From: Spirochaetia bacterium
GTDB lineage: Bacteria > Spirochaetota > Spirochaetia > SZUA-6 > Bin103
Assembly: GCA_965203515.1 (NCBI GenBank)
Contig: OZ241907.1
Location: 1,344,001-1,408,000, forward strand
Length of the DNA: 64,000 nucleotides
Reading direction: 5' to 3'
In this document: positions 28,486 through 38,490 of the stretch, piece by piece
Numbering within the stretch: the first letter of the stretch is position 1
Layout: each line of letters begins with the position of its first letter
The notes under the pieces: generated by a model
Databases searched by the model: none
What the model was told of the DNA's origin: nothing
Seen by the model: only the letters and a program-made list of their open reading frames with translations
Program-made: the position numbers and the translations under genes

Positions 28486-29678
28486 CGGCCGTCATGAACC
28501 GCATGAAGATCACCGCGGTACGGACCTTTCTGGTCGGAGGAAGCTGGCGTAACTGGCTCGTCGTAAAGATCGAGACCGATGCCGGCGTGCACGGCGTAGG
28601 CGAGGCGACGCTCGAGGGAAAGTCGAAAACGGTGGAAGCGGCGGTGGCCGAGCTTGCCCGCTACCTGATCGGCAAGGATCCGGCAGCCATCGAGCTGCAC
28701 TTTCAGGAGATGTATCGCCGGGCGTTCTACGCTGGCGGCGAAGTGCTCACCAGCGCCATCACCGGCGTCGAGACCGCGATGTGGGACATCAAGGGCAAGG
28801 CCTTGGGAGTGCCGGTGTACGAACTGCTGGGCGGCCGCACGCGCGACCGCGTCAAGCTGTACGCCAACGGCTGGTACCGGCAGGGCATGAGCCCGGCGGA
28901 GTTCGTGTCCGCGGGCAAGAAGGTCGTGGCGCTAGGCGCCAAGGGGATCAAGTTCAACCCCTGGGGTGGCCGTCCGGGGATCGACTTCCATCGACTGGAA
29001 AACGACATACTGAACACCGGCGTCGAGGTGGTGGGCGCGCTTCGCGAAGCCCTCGGACCGACCGTGGACCTGTACATCGACTGCAACGGCATCTTCAACA
29101 CCGCCGGCAACGCCGTCCGCGCGGCCAAGGCGGTGGAGCAGTTCAACGTCAGCTTCTTCGAGGAGCCGGTTCCGCACGAGAATACCGATGCGATGGCGTA
29201 CGTGCGGCGCAAGATCGACATACCGGTGGCGGCCGGCGAACGCCTCTTCACCATCTTCCGGTTCCGGGAACTGCTGGAACGGGGCGGCGCGGACGTGGTT
29301 CAACCCGACATGTCGCACTGCGGCGGCATGCTGGAGGCGCGCAAGATCGCCGCCATCGCCGATTCGCACTACGCGGCGTTCGCCCCGCACAACGCCAACG
29401 GCGAAATCTCATACGCTGCGGCGGTGCAGCTCGCCGCCTGCGTGCCCAACTTCCTGGTGTTGGAGCACTTCCCGCCGGAACCATGGCGTTTCGAGGTGTG
29501 CCGCAACCCGTTGGGCGTCGACGACGGCTGGCTGCGGATCCCCGACCGGCCGGGTTTGGGCGTGGAATTCGACGAAACGGCCGCCGCCGCCCACCCCTAC
29601 GAGCCGGTCGACCTCTACGACCTGCATCGGCCCGAGATGCAACTCAAGGTTCCGAAGTTCGCCGACCGCCTGCGCTGA
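28482..29678 (+). CDS. Mandelate racemase/galactonate dehydratase-like enolase superfamily enzyme
   Basis: GVGEATLEG, WDIKGK.LGVPVYELLGG, YANGW, FFEEP, GERL, QPD.SH.GG, APHN. Confidence 0.9.
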   Translation: MTAVMNRMKITAVRTFLVGGSWRNWLVVKIETDAGVHGVGEATLEGKSKTVEAAVAELARYLIGKDPAAIELHFQEMYRRAFYAGGEVLTSAITGVETAMWDIKGKALGVPVYELLGGRTRDRVKLYANGWYRQGMSPAEFVSAGKKVVALGAKGIKFNPWGGRPGIDFHRLENDILNTGVEVVGALREALGPTVDLYIDCNGIFNTAGNAVRAAKAVEQFNVSFFEEPVPHENTDAMAYVRRKIDIPVAAGERLFTIFRFRELLERGGADVVQPDMSHCGGMLEARKIAAIADSHYAAFAPHNANGEISYAAAVQLAACVPNFLVLEHFPPEPWRFEVCRNPLGVDDGWLRIPDRPGLGVEFDETAAAAHPYEPVDLYDLHRPEMQLKVPKFADRLR

Positions 29679-29691
29679 TCTGCAGTCGACG

Positions 29692-30579
29692 CTACCGATC
29701 TCCTGTTCGGCGCAGCAACGCGATGTAGAACAGCGTCAGACCGAGGTTGATCAGAAACATGATCACCGAGAGGCTTGCCCCTCGTCCCATCCGGTATTGG
29801 CGGAACGCGGTGTGATAGATGTGGAGAGAAAGCATCTCCGTGCTCCTCCCCGGCCCGCCGCCGGTCAGCGTCTCTACGATGTCGAAGACGCCGAATGTAA
29901 GAATCGATCCATATATCCAGCTTATCAGGATGGAAAATCGCATCAGCGGCAGCGTGATGCGGAGAAACGACTGGAGGCCGCCGGCGCCGTCCACGTGCGC
30001 GGCCTCGTACAGCTCATCGGCGATAGTCTGCAAGCCGGCGAGCTGTATGATCATGTGAAAGCTCACCCCCCGCCAGACGTTGCCGATCAGCAGCGCGATC
30101 ATGGCCGGCGTGGGTGCATACAACCACCCCACCGGCGGCAGGCCGACACTGACGAGCAGGAAATTGAACAACCCGTACCGCTCGCTTTGAAAGATCCACT
30201 GCCACGTAAAACCCGTGATGATGCCCGGCACGACCCAGGTAAGCAGCAGAATGCTGCGGATGACCGCGGTGACCGGCAGGTCCTTCCTGAGCAACAGGGC
30301 CAGCCCGAACCCGAGGACGAACTGCAGCGCGACCGAGCCGATCACGAACACGGCCGTGTTGCCAAGAACCTGCCAGAACACCGGCTGTTCCATGAGGATC
30401 CGATAGTTGTCCAGGAAGATATAGGTTCCAGGTTCGCGGCTCAGGAGGTCCTTGTCGGTGAGGCTCAACTGGAATGACTTGGCCACGGGGAATACGCTCA
30501 TGACCCCCACGTACAGCACCATCGGCAGGATGAAGACGAGGTGTTCCCGACGCTTGAGGAACCGCGCCGGAGGGTTCAT
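29692..30579 (-). CDS. Carbohydrate ABC transporter permease
   Basis: ELYEAAHVDGA EAA motif, LTGGGPG. Confidence 0.92.
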   Translation of the reverse strand: MNPPARFLKRREHLVFILPMVLYVGVMSVFPVAKSFQLSLTDKDLLSREPGTYIFLDNYRILMEQPVFWQVLGNTAVFVIGSVALQFVLGFGLALLLRKDLPVTAVIRSILLLTWVVPGIITGFTWQWIFQSERYGLFNFLLVSVGLPPVGWLYAPTPAMIALLIGNVWRGVSFHMIIQLAGLQTIADELYEAAHVDGAGGLQSFLRITLPLMRFSILISWIYGSILTFGVFDIVETLTGGGPGRSTEMLSLHIYHTAFRQYRMGRGASLSVIMFLINLGLTLFYIALLRRTGDR

Positions 30580-30625
30580 GCGGTCGTCCGGTCGGCGATG
30601 GCTCGGCGCCCTCGCGCCGCGGCGA

Positions 30626-31477
30626 TCATCCCTTCACCGCACCGCGCCAGCCGGTCACGAAGTATCGGTTGAACGAGAGGTACAGCAGGATGACCGGCAC
30701 CATCATCAGCACGGCGCCGGAGGCGATGCCGGCCCAGTTGGTCTCGTGCGGTGTCTTGAACAGGTACAGCGCCACCGTGGCCAATCGCTTCGAGGAGCTG
30801 GAGGTCATCGTCAGGGGGATGATGAATTCGTTCCATGAAAAGAGAAACGTGAATACGCCCGCGGCTGCCAGGCCCGGAGAGCCGAGCGGTACGATGATAC
30901 GGAAATAGGTGTAGAGACGACTGGCGCCGTCGACCAGCGCCGACTCGTCCAGGCTGATCGGAATCGAGTCGAAGAATCCTTTCAGCATCCACACCGCCAG
31001 CGGCAGATTCATGGCCGCCAGGATCAGATACACCGCCGCCAGCGTATTGAGCAGCCCGAAGCCGATCATCATCTGATAGAGTGGAATTATGTTGATCACG
31101 CCGGGCAGCATCTGCGTGCCGAGCACCGCCAGGAGCATCAACTCCTTCCCTCGAAACCGGTAGCGGGAAAACCCGTACGCTGCGAACCCGGAGAGCCCCA
31201 GGACGATCAGCGTCGCCATGAAGGAGACGAAGCAGCTGCGCAGGATGGCCTGCACGAAGCCGCGGCTTACCAGAAACGGGTACCACTCGAAGGTGGGCTC
31301 GACCGGAACGAGCCGGGGCGGATAGGCATAGAGGTCCGCTTCGGTCTTGATCGACGTGGAGGCGACCCACAGCAGCGGCGCGATGGTCACGACGACCGCC
31401 AGAAGGAGGACGAGCGAGCGCGGGAGCCTGCGGCCAAGTCTGCGAAGCATCGCCGGTTGATGAGCGCCGGTGGACAC
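30626..31477 (-). CDS. Carbohydrate ABC transporter permease
   Basis: LDESALVDGAS, FSWNEF. Confidence 0.92.
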   Translation of the reverse strand: MSTGAHQPAMLRRLGRRLPRSLVLLLAVVVTIAPLLWVASTSIKTEADLYAYPPRLVPVEPTFEWYPFLVSRGFVQAILRSCFVSFMATLIVLGLSGFAAYGFSRYRFRGKELMLLAVLGTQMLPGVINIIPLYQMMIGFGLLNTLAAVYLILAAMNLPLAVWMLKGFFDSIPISLDESALVDGASRLYTYFRIIVPLGSPGLAAAGVFTFLFSWNEFIIPLTMTSSSSKRLATVALYLFKTPHETNWAGIASGAVLMMVPVILLYLSFNRYFVTGWRGAVKG

Positions 31478-31550
31478 GCAGCCGAGACCGAAACGGCCCG
31501 GCTGCGCCTCCGCCGACCGGGCTTCCTGCCCGCTGCTCGGGCGGTTCCTC

Positions 31551-32855
31551 TTACCGCATGCCTTGAATCATCTCGTCCACCGCCGCCTCCGGCGTCGCCA
31601 GATCAAGCGCCACCTTGTTGATCGCTATCTGCAGCAACTCGTCAAGGCTCGACCAGAGGGGCGATTTCGGCGTGGGACGAGCGGAATCGAGCTGACCGAG
31701 CGCCGCCGGTGATATCGGCGAGGGCCGGTATTGTAGCGAGTCGAAAGCGCTCTTGCGCGTCGGGAACGACGTGATCGCACTGGCGTTCCGGGCCATCACG
31801 TCCGCCGAGGTGATGAACTCCAGTACCTGCCACGCCCGCTCCCGCTTCACCGGATCGTCGGTGGCGATTCCATACCCGTAACCGCCGTTGCGGGCGGCCG
31901 GCCGTGCGCCGGCCTCCTGCGGCAGGAAGCCGGCGCCCAGGTTCTCGTAGATCGCCGGAGCGGCGTCACCGATCGCCCCGACCTGCCACGTTCCGCCGAG
32001 GTACATCGCTACCTTGCCGTCCAGGAACGCCTGTGGCGGCGCCCCGCCCTGCCAGTCGGCCGACTCCCTGGTCGATACGCCGTGGGTGTAGATCAGATCG
32101 TGGTACCACTGCAGCACGTCGATCATGGCTTGGCGGTTGTCCGGTCGGTCGAGCACGAAATCTCCGGCTCCATCGAACATCGTGCCGCCCTGGCCCCAGA
32201 ACATCCCGAGCATGCCGGTGCTGGCGCCGGCCCACCGTGCGGCGGGGAACATGAAGCCGGTCACCCCGTCCGTGCTGAGCTTCGCGGCGATCTCCGTGAA
32301 CTCGTCCCACGTGAGGGCGCGATCGACCGGCAACGGATCGATGCCTGCCGCCGCGAAGAGGTCCGTGCGGTAGTAGATCAGATACGTGTCGGTCCAGAAC
32401 CACAGGGCGTATATCTTGCCGTCCGGCCCGACGGCATGGCTGATAGTTCCAGGGAAGAAGTCCGCTCGATCCAACTCGGGCCAGAAATCGTCCAACGGCT
32501 GCAGCGCCCCTAGGCGGATCATCTCCGGAAACCACGAGTTGTCGACGCTGACGATCTCCGGCAGCGCATCTGCCTGCGCCGTCGCGACCAGCTTGTCCCG
32601 GTACTCGCCGTAGCCGAGCTGGTACTCCTCGACGATGTCGACGTTGAACATCTCCTCGGCCTGAGCGTAGAGCTCCGTGAACATGGCGGAGATCTCTTCG
32701 ATCGGCGACTCGGTACCGTTGTAGTTCTGCACCCACATGGTGATCGTGACCGGCTCGTCCGCCGCCACATCGCTTTCTCCGGTGGCCGCGGCAAACGGCA
32801 CGACCGACACGACCAGTGCGGCCGAAAGCACGTACATGAACGCGTTTCCCTTCAT
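31551..32855 (-). CDS. Sugar ABC transporter substrate-binding protein
   Basis: Signal peptide, [38 protein letters not shown]. Confidence 0.9.
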   Translation of the reverse strand: MKGNAFMYVLSAALVVSVVPFAAATGESDVAADEPVTITMWVQNYNGTESPIEEISAMFTELYAQAEEMFNVDIVEEYQLGYGEYRDKLVATAQADALPEIVSVDNSWFPEMIRLGALQPLDDFWPELDRADFFPGTISHAVGPDGKIYALWFWTDTYLIYYRTDLFAAAGIDPLPVDRALTWDEFTEIAAKLSTDGVTGFMFPAARWAGASTGMLGMFWGQGGTMFDGAGDFVLDRPDNRQAMIDVLQWYHDLIYTHGVSTRESADWQGGAPPQAFLDGKVAMYLGGTWQVGAIGDAAPAIYENLGAGFLPQEAGARPAARNGGYGYGIATDDPVKRERAWQVLEFITSADVMARNASAITSFPTRKSAFDSLQYRPSPISPAALGQLDSARPTPKSPLWSSLDELLQIAINKVALDLATPEAAVDEMIQGMR

Positions 32856-32880
32856 CTCAATGACCTCCTCCCTGAGGTGT

Positions 32881-32897
32881 GATCAATCCGATTGATC
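32881..32897. promoter_or_regulatory. 8-1-8 palindrome, candidate operator
   Basis: GATCAATC-C-GATTGATC just upstream of the SBP RBS. Confidence 0.5.
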
Positions 32898-32949
32898 GCC
32901 TGACGTCGCCTCCCATCCTTGCGCCTCTAGACGTTCGATTGGTCCCCGG

Positions 32950-33411
32950 TCAGTCGGCCGAGGACCGGTCGCCGGGCCATGCGGGCCAGCTCCCGAACGC
33001 CTTGGCGCTTCTGCCCGAGTAGGCCACGGTGAACAGGCCGCGGGCTTCGTCGCCGATGCCGACCAGCAGGCCGTTCGCCCGCCCGCCGGCGCTGATGGCG
33101 ATGATGCCGCCGGCGTCGTCCCCGCTGATCGCTATGATCCCTCGCGCCGACCCGGCGCCGATCGCGATGATGCCGATCGCGTTGAAGAGGCCGACGGCGA
33201 CGACGCCGACCGCAACGAGCGGACTCAGCGCGAAGACCCCGAACGCCACCACGTAGGCGATCGCAGGTCCCTCCGTGACGACCCAGTCCATGTCGACGGC
33301 GCCCAGCACGCCGAGCAGCGTGACGATCACGGTAGCGAGCAGCGCGGCCAGCGTCGCCAAGCCGGCCAGTCCCTGGAAGCCCTTGCCGGCCGCCGGTGTC
33401 GTTCCTGGCAT
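32950..33411 (-). CDS. Hypothetical membrane protein with GIIAI repeats
   Basis: Hydrophobic 153-aa ORF; GIIAIG/GIIAIS x3; AGGGGGA RBS. Confidence 0.6.
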   Translation of the reverse strand: MPGTTPAAGKGFQGLAGLATLAALLATVIVTLLGVLGAVDMDWVVTEGPAIAYVVAFGVFALSPLVAVGVVAVGLFNAIGIIAIGAGSARGIIAISGDDAGGIIAISAGGRANGLLVGIGDEARGLFTVAYSGRSAKAFGSWPAWPGDRSSAD

Positions 33412-33483
33412 GATTTGCGTTCCCCCTGGGCGCCAGTCTGCGCCGCCGCCGGCGGTCGGGTCAACCGCGCGACCGCAGCTCGA

Positions 33484-34554
33484 TCACGGCGCCGTGCCTC
33501 GACTCCAGGCGGAGCGCAGCAGCCGCACCCAGTTGCCGTGCATCACGTCGGCGACGTCCGCGTCGCCGTAGCCGCGCCCCTTGAGGATTCCGGCCACCTT
33601 GCGCACGTCGGCGATGGTGTACAGGTCGGCCGGAGACTGCTCTCTCCCGTAGCCGCCGTCCAGGTCGGTGCCGATCGCGGCGTGCCGGCAACTGCCGGTG
33701 ACCTGACAGACGTGGTCGATGTGGTCGGCCACCGTCGCCAGCGTGATCCCGGTGTTGTCCATCGCCTCCGGGTCCCACCGCGGCGACAACATCCAGTCGT
33801 CGAACGCCGTGCCGATCACGCCGCCGCGCGCGGCCAGCGCCCTGATCTGATCGTCGTCGAGCTGCCGGTCGTGGTCGCAGAGCGCCCGGCAGCAGTTGTG
33901 CGTAGCCAGCACCGGTCCGCCGAACCGCTCCAGCGCCTCCCGGAACGCCCGCTCGGCCAGATGGCTCACGTCCAGCAGCATGCCCGCGCGCTCCAGCTCG
34001 TCCAGCATCGGGCCGCCGCGCCCGGTCAATCCGCCCGGCGCCTGCGTCCCATGCGCGTAGGAACTGATCCCGTAGTGGACCAGGCTGACGATGCGCAGCC
34101 CGTGATCCCACCATTCGCCGACCTGCTCGGGACCGACGATCGGGTCGGCTCCTTCCATGGTCAGCACGAAGCCGATCGGCGTCGTCCCCGGCTCCCGCTC
34201 CCAGGCCGCAAGATGGGCATCGAGCCCGGCCCGATCGCGTATTTGCCGGAGGAAGCCGCGCGCCTCCATCCGCCGGTAATAGGCAAGCTCGCCCATCGCC
34301 TTGGCATAGGCGATGTCCTGCGTGCGTACGCCGGCGAAGCGCCGCCCGACCGAGGCCAGCCGGCAGTGCACGGTGACGAAGATCAGCCCGATCCCGCCGC
34401 GGCGCAGCTCCGCGAAGTTGACCACCCCGGCTCCCCGGCCCTTGCGGGCCATGCCGGCCTCCGACTCGCGGATCGACGTGATGCTCCGCGTCAGGTCGCG
34501 GTTCCAGTCGAGCGCGTTGAAGGCGATGTCCAGGTGCGAGTCGACGATCAGCAT
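33484..34554 (-). CDS. Membrane dipeptidase (M19) family protein
   Basis: VDSHLD, TMEGADP, DVSHL, THNC.R...RQL.D, IGTDLDGG. Confidence 0.9.
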   Translation of the reverse strand: MLIVDSHLDIAFNALDWNRDLTRSITSIRESEAGMARKGRGAGVVNFAELRRGGIGLIFVTVHCRLASVGRRFAGVRTQDIAYAKAMGELAYYRRMEARGFLRQIRDRAGLDAHLAAWEREPGTTPIGFVLTMEGADPIVGPEQVGEWWDHGLRIVSLVHYGISSYAHGTQAPGGLTGRGGPMLDELERAGMLLDVSHLAERAFREALERFGGPVLATHNCCRALCDHDRQLDDDQIRALAARGGVIGTAFDDWMLSPRWDPEAMDNTGITLATVADHIDHVCQVTGSCRHAAIGTDLDGGYGREQSPADLYTIADVRKVAGILKGRGYGDADVADVMHGNWVRLLRSAWSRGTAP

Positions 34555-34652
34555 GGCGGCCTCCGGTGCGGCTGCAGCCGCCTGCGCAGCGTCGCACGTT
34601 TTGGCTGCCTCCTGCCTGAGTCCCGCCGGCGCGCAGGTGCTACGATTCGGCC

Positions 34653-35873
34653 GTGGCCGACATCACCGTGCACCACGTCACCGTCCACTACGGCGATGTG
34701 GTCGCCACCCATGGGGTGACCCTGCAGGTCGAGGAAGGCGAGTTCCTGGTCGTGGTGGGCGCCTCCGGCTGCGGCAAGACGACCATGCTGCGCGCCATCG
34801 CCGGGCTGGAACAGCCGCTGGCGGGCGAGATCCGGATCGGCGGCGAGCTGGTCTTCAGCGAGCCGCGCCAGATCGACGTAGCCCCGGCCCGGCGGCGCGT
34901 CGGCATGGTGTTCCAGTCATATGCGCTCTACCCGCACATGACGGTGGCGCAGAACGTCGCGTTTCCGCTGCGCACCCGGCGCGTGGGCCGGGGCAGGATC
35001 GGCACGGCGGTCCGGCAGGCGCTCGACGTCGTGGAGCTGACCGGGCTGGAGCAGCGCTACCCGCGCGAGCTGTCCGGCGGCCAGCAGCAGCGCGTGGCGA
35101 TCGCCCGCGCGCTGGTCCGGCAGCCGCACGTGCTGCTGCTCGACGAGCCGCTGTCCAACGTCGATCCCAAGCTGCGCGCGCAACTCCGCACGGAACTCAA
35201 GCATCTCCATCGCCGCATCGGCTCCACCACGCTCTACGTCACCCACGACGTGGCGGAGGCGATGGCGCTCGGCGACCGGGTCGCCGCCATGTTCGACGGC
35301 GCGATCCATCAGGTCGGGAAGCCCGACGAGCTGTACCGGGCGCCGGCGACCGTGCCGGCGGCGGCGCTGTTCGGCGCCCACGGCGGCGCGCTGCTGCGCG
35401 GCCGGATCGTCTCCCTGCCGGACGGCGTCCTGGCCCTGCATCCCGACGGCAGCGCCTCGCAGGCGGTCCCCCTGCGCCCCGACGCAGCGCTGTTTCCCGG
35501 CCAGCGGGTCGTGCTGGACGTCCGCGCCGAGCACGTCGCGGTGCTCGACGGACCGGCCCGGGACCCGGGCGTCGGCACGCAGGCTGGCGTCGCGCAGGTC
35601 GGCGCCGGCACGCAGGTCGAGGTCGCCGCGGCGCAGCCGGAAGGGGCGGTCAGCATCGTGCATCTGCGCCTCCGGGACGGCCGGCAGGAACTGGTGGCGC
35701 GCTGCGCCGGGCCGCAGCCGCCGCGTCCGGGGCAGTGCCTCACGGTCCGCGTGCTGGCCGGCAACGTCTACGACGCCGGCACGCAGCGGCTCATCGCCCG
35801 CTGCCGGTCGGCGGAGACTCCGCCCGTTCCCGGCGGCGCGCCAGTATCTTCGGCCGGAGGCGCTCGAAGCTGA
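34653..35873 (+). CDS. ABC transporter ATP-binding protein (MalK-like)
   Basis: GASGCGKTT, VFQSYALYPHM, LSGGQQQR, LLLDEP, YVTHD. Confidence 0.95.
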   Translation: MADITVHHVTVHYGDVVATHGVTLQVEEGEFLVVVGASGCGKTTMLRAIAGLEQPLAGEIRIGGELVFSEPRQIDVAPARRRVGMVFQSYALYPHMTVAQNVAFPLRTRRVGRGRIGTAVRQALDVVELTGLEQRYPRELSGGQQQRVAIARALVRQPHVLLLDEPLSNVDPKLRAQLRTELKHLHRRIGSTTLYVTHDVAEAMALGDRVAAMFDGAIHQVGKPDELYRAPATVPAAALFGAHGGALLRGRIVSLPDGVLALHPDGSASQAVPLRPDAALFPGQRVVLDVRAEHVAVLDGPARDPGVGTQAGVAQVGAGTQVEVAAAQPEGAVSIVHLRLRDGRQELVARCAGPQPPRPGQCLTVRVLAGNVYDAGTQRLIARCRSAETPPVPGGAPVSSAGGARS

Positions 35874-37425
35874 TCTGGTAGCGGTCGGCGATGTCGCGCG
35901 CGTAGCTGGAGCCGACCGGCGGGCCGGGGGCGATGCGGTAGGTGCGGCGCATCCGCGCCGGCGAGCCGTCCGCGCCGGCGCCGTCCGGCGCGATGCCGGC
36001 GACCAGGCTCGCCACCAGACTGCCGCCGTCGACCTCCGCGTTGATCCGCTCCAGCCGCTCGCCCAGCTCGTGCAGGTGCGTGGCGAAGATCGCCCGCGCG
36101 CCCAGCAGCCGCAGCGCGCGCACCACGTCCTCCGCCAGATACAGACTCTCGCTCGGGCTGGTGCTGGACAGCGACTCGTTCAGCAGCACCAGGCTCCGCT
36201 CGGAGGCATCGCCGAAGACCGCGCCCAGGCGGCGCGCCTCCTCCGCCAGCCGGCCCCCCTCGACGGCGCCGCCCTCTTCGGACGGAAAGTGGGTGATCAC
36301 CCGATCGGCCGGACTGATCGCCGCCGTGCGCGCGGCCACCGGCAATCCGGCCTGCGCCAGCACGTGCATCACCCCCACGGCGCGCACGAACGTGGTCTTG
36401 CCGCCCTGATTCGGCCCGGTGAGGATGGCGATGCGGCCGTCGTCACCGGCGTCCAGGTCGTTGCGCACCACGGTGCGCGCCGGCTCCTCCGCCGCCCCGC
36501 TCAGTGCCAGGGAGACGTCGTACAGCTCGGACGCCTGCGAGCGCCGTTCGCCGGCCGGCGCCAGATCGGGAATGCAGGTCGGCATGCCGCGCTCGCGCAG
36601 CGCCAGCGCCAGGCGCGCGCCGCCCAGGTAGAACCGTATCTCCTGCTCCAGGGGCAGCACGTCCCGCACCTGCAGCTGCACGAACTGTCCCAGCGCCTTG
36701 GCCAGCGGACGCGCCACCGCCCCCAGCACGCGGTCCAGCTCGCCGAGCAGCGGCGTCATGGCCGACGTGCGGTGCACCCTGGTCAGCGGGCGGAACGGAT
36801 TGGAGACGCCGAACAGCCGCGTGAGCAGCGGCGTGTCCTCGAACTTGCGGTCGTGGACGCGCAACAGCGCGGCCTCCGCGGGGCGGAGCTGCGAATCGAG
36901 ATTGACGCCGATCGTGACGCTGGCGCGCCGCTTCAGACCGCCGCGCAGCGCCGGCAACTCCGCTTCCAGGCGGCGGTACATCTCGTCCTGCCGCCGTTCG
37001 CGGACGAACTGGCCGAGCGCCCGCATGCCGGCCGATCGCACCCCCGGCAGGGCCGCCGCCTCTTCCAGGGCGGTCAGGCACGCCACGTAGGTCTCCAGCT
37101 CGCCCAGGCGCCACACCGCCTGCTGCAACGGGGAGCTCTGCTCCGTGCGGGTCTTCGTGAAGTACGCCAGCTCGTGCAGCATCGGCTGCAGTTGCGCGAA
37201 GAGCGTGCGCAACTCGCTCGACGCGACCGCGTCGGCCAGCACCTCCTGGCGGTAGCGGATCGTCGCCGGGTCCGTGCAGAGCTCGTAGAGGAACTCCGCG
37301 GGCAGCTCGAAGCGGGTGCGCAGCGCGCTCAGGCCGAGATCACCGGCCGCCCGATCGACCAGGGGACGATCCTCCCCGCCGGCCGACGCGGGCCGGCCCG
37401 CCGGATAGCAGAGGCTTACCATCAT
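35791..37425 (-). CDS. MutS-related ATPase (domain V, no mismatch-binding domain)
   Basis: YRQEV..D, ILTGPNQGGKTT, THFP.EE..GRL.EE, LLNESLSST, FATHL. Confidence 0.85.
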   Translation of the reverse strand: MMVSLCYPAGRPASAGGEDRPLVDRAAGDLGLSALRTRFELPAEFLYELCTDPATIRYRQEVLADAVASSELRTLFAQLQPMLHELAYFTKTRTEQSSPLQQAVWRLGELETYVACLTALEEAAALPGVRSAGMRALGQFVRERRQDEMYRRLEAELPALRGGLKRRASVTIGVNLDSQLRPAEAALLRVHDRKFEDTPLLTRLFGVSNPFRPLTRVHRTSAMTPLLGELDRVLGAVARPLAKALGQFVQLQVRDVLPLEQEIRFYLGGARLALALRERGMPTCIPDLAPAGERRSQASELYDVSLALSGAAEEPARTVVRNDLDAGDDGRIAILTGPNQGGKTTFVRAVGVMHVLAQAGLPVAARTAAISPADRVITHFPSEEGGAVEGGRLAEEARRLGAVFGDASERSLVLLNESLSSTSPSESLYLAEDVVRALRLLGARAIFATHLHELGERLERINAEVDGGSLVASLVAGIAPDGAGADGSPARMRRTYRIAPGPPVGSSYARDIADRYQISFERLRPKILARRRERAESPPTGSGR

Positions 37426-37515
37426 CGCGGCTTGAGGGTCAGCCGTCGCATCACGGCCAGCCTGTCACGTTTCGTCGTCGTGCATCAACCTGCCGCCGTC
37501 TGCTACGGTATCGCC

Positions 37516-38472
37516 ATGATGCGGGTGGCGGTCTGGGGCAACGACCTCTCCGACGGGTATCTGCGCACGGTGACGCAGCTCGGCGCGGAGGCGATCGACA
37601 TGGGCCGGGGCGCGTTCTTTCCCGGCGTGCGCGAGCAGGGCTATCCGGACGCCGGCGCCCTGGCCGCACTGGTCCGCAAGCTGCGCCCGTACGGCCTCCG
37701 CTTCAATCGGGTGACGCTGCCGGACCTCACCGACGAGTTCATGCTGAGCGGCGACGGCGCGGCCCGCGAACTGGAGAACACCTGCCGGGCGCTGCGCGTG
37801 TTCGCCGACGCCGGCATCCCGATCGCCCGCCAGCGCTTCGCCGGCGACACCTTCAACCACCGGCTGCTGCGCTACGAGTCGCTGCATCGCGGCGGCTACC
37901 GCTCGCGCGGCGAAAGCCGCGACCTGGGGCCGCCCGACCCCGATCCGGCCACCCACGAACGGCTGGAAGCGTGGTGGGACCGCTTCTGCGCGGTCTACGA
38001 GAAGCTGGTGCCGATCGCCGACGAGTACGGCATCCGCCTGGCGATCCACCCCTCCGACACGCCGCTGCCCGACACGCCGCTCGGCACCCTGGGCTTCCAC
38101 CGCGTGACCGACGCCTTCCCGAGCCCCAACGTCGGCTACCTCTACTGTTGCGGCACCCGCGCCGAGGCGGGCGGCCCGCCGCTGGTGATGGACGAGATCA
38201 ACCTGTACGGCCGCAAGGGGCGCATCTTCACCGTGCACCTGCGCAACGTGCGCGGCAGTCTGGCCACCGCCGGCGGATTCGAGGAGGTGCTGCTCGACGA
38301 CGGCGACATGAACGTGTTCCGCATCGTGCGCGAGCTCGACCGCGTGGGCTTCGACGGCTGCCTGAACCCCGACCACCTGCAGCCGATCGAAGGGGACGGC
38401 GACCGCGCGTATCAGGCGCTCGCCTACTCGATCGGCTACCTCAAGGCGCTGCTGGCCGCGCTCGCCGCCTGA
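37516..38472 (+). CDS. Mannonate dehydratase (UxuA)-like protein
   Basis: LVPIADEYGIRLAIHPSD, IF.VHLRNVRG, FEEV..DDGD.N, L.PDH, AYSIGY. Confidence 0.8.
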   Translation: MMRVAVWGNDLSDGYLRTVTQLGAEAIDMGRGAFFPGVREQGYPDAGALAALVRKLRPYGLRFNRVTLPDLTDEFMLSGDGAARELENTCRALRVFADAGIPIARQRFAGDTFNHRLLRYESLHRGGYRSRGESRDLGPPDPDPATHERLEAWWDRFCAVYEKLVPIADEYGIRLAIHPSDTPLPDTPLGTLGFHRVTDAFPSPNVGYLYCCGTRAEAGGPPLVMDEINLYGRKGRIFTVHLRNVRGSLATAGGFEEVLLDDGDMNVFRIVRELDRVGFDGCLNPDHLQPIEGDGDRAYQALAYSIGYLKALLAALAA

Positions 38473-38490
38473 GGTCAAAACACCCGCGGT

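Noticed and set aside
36070..37515. 800-aa ORF as a fusion with UxuA
   Set aside because: The upstream part is antisense to the MutS-like gene
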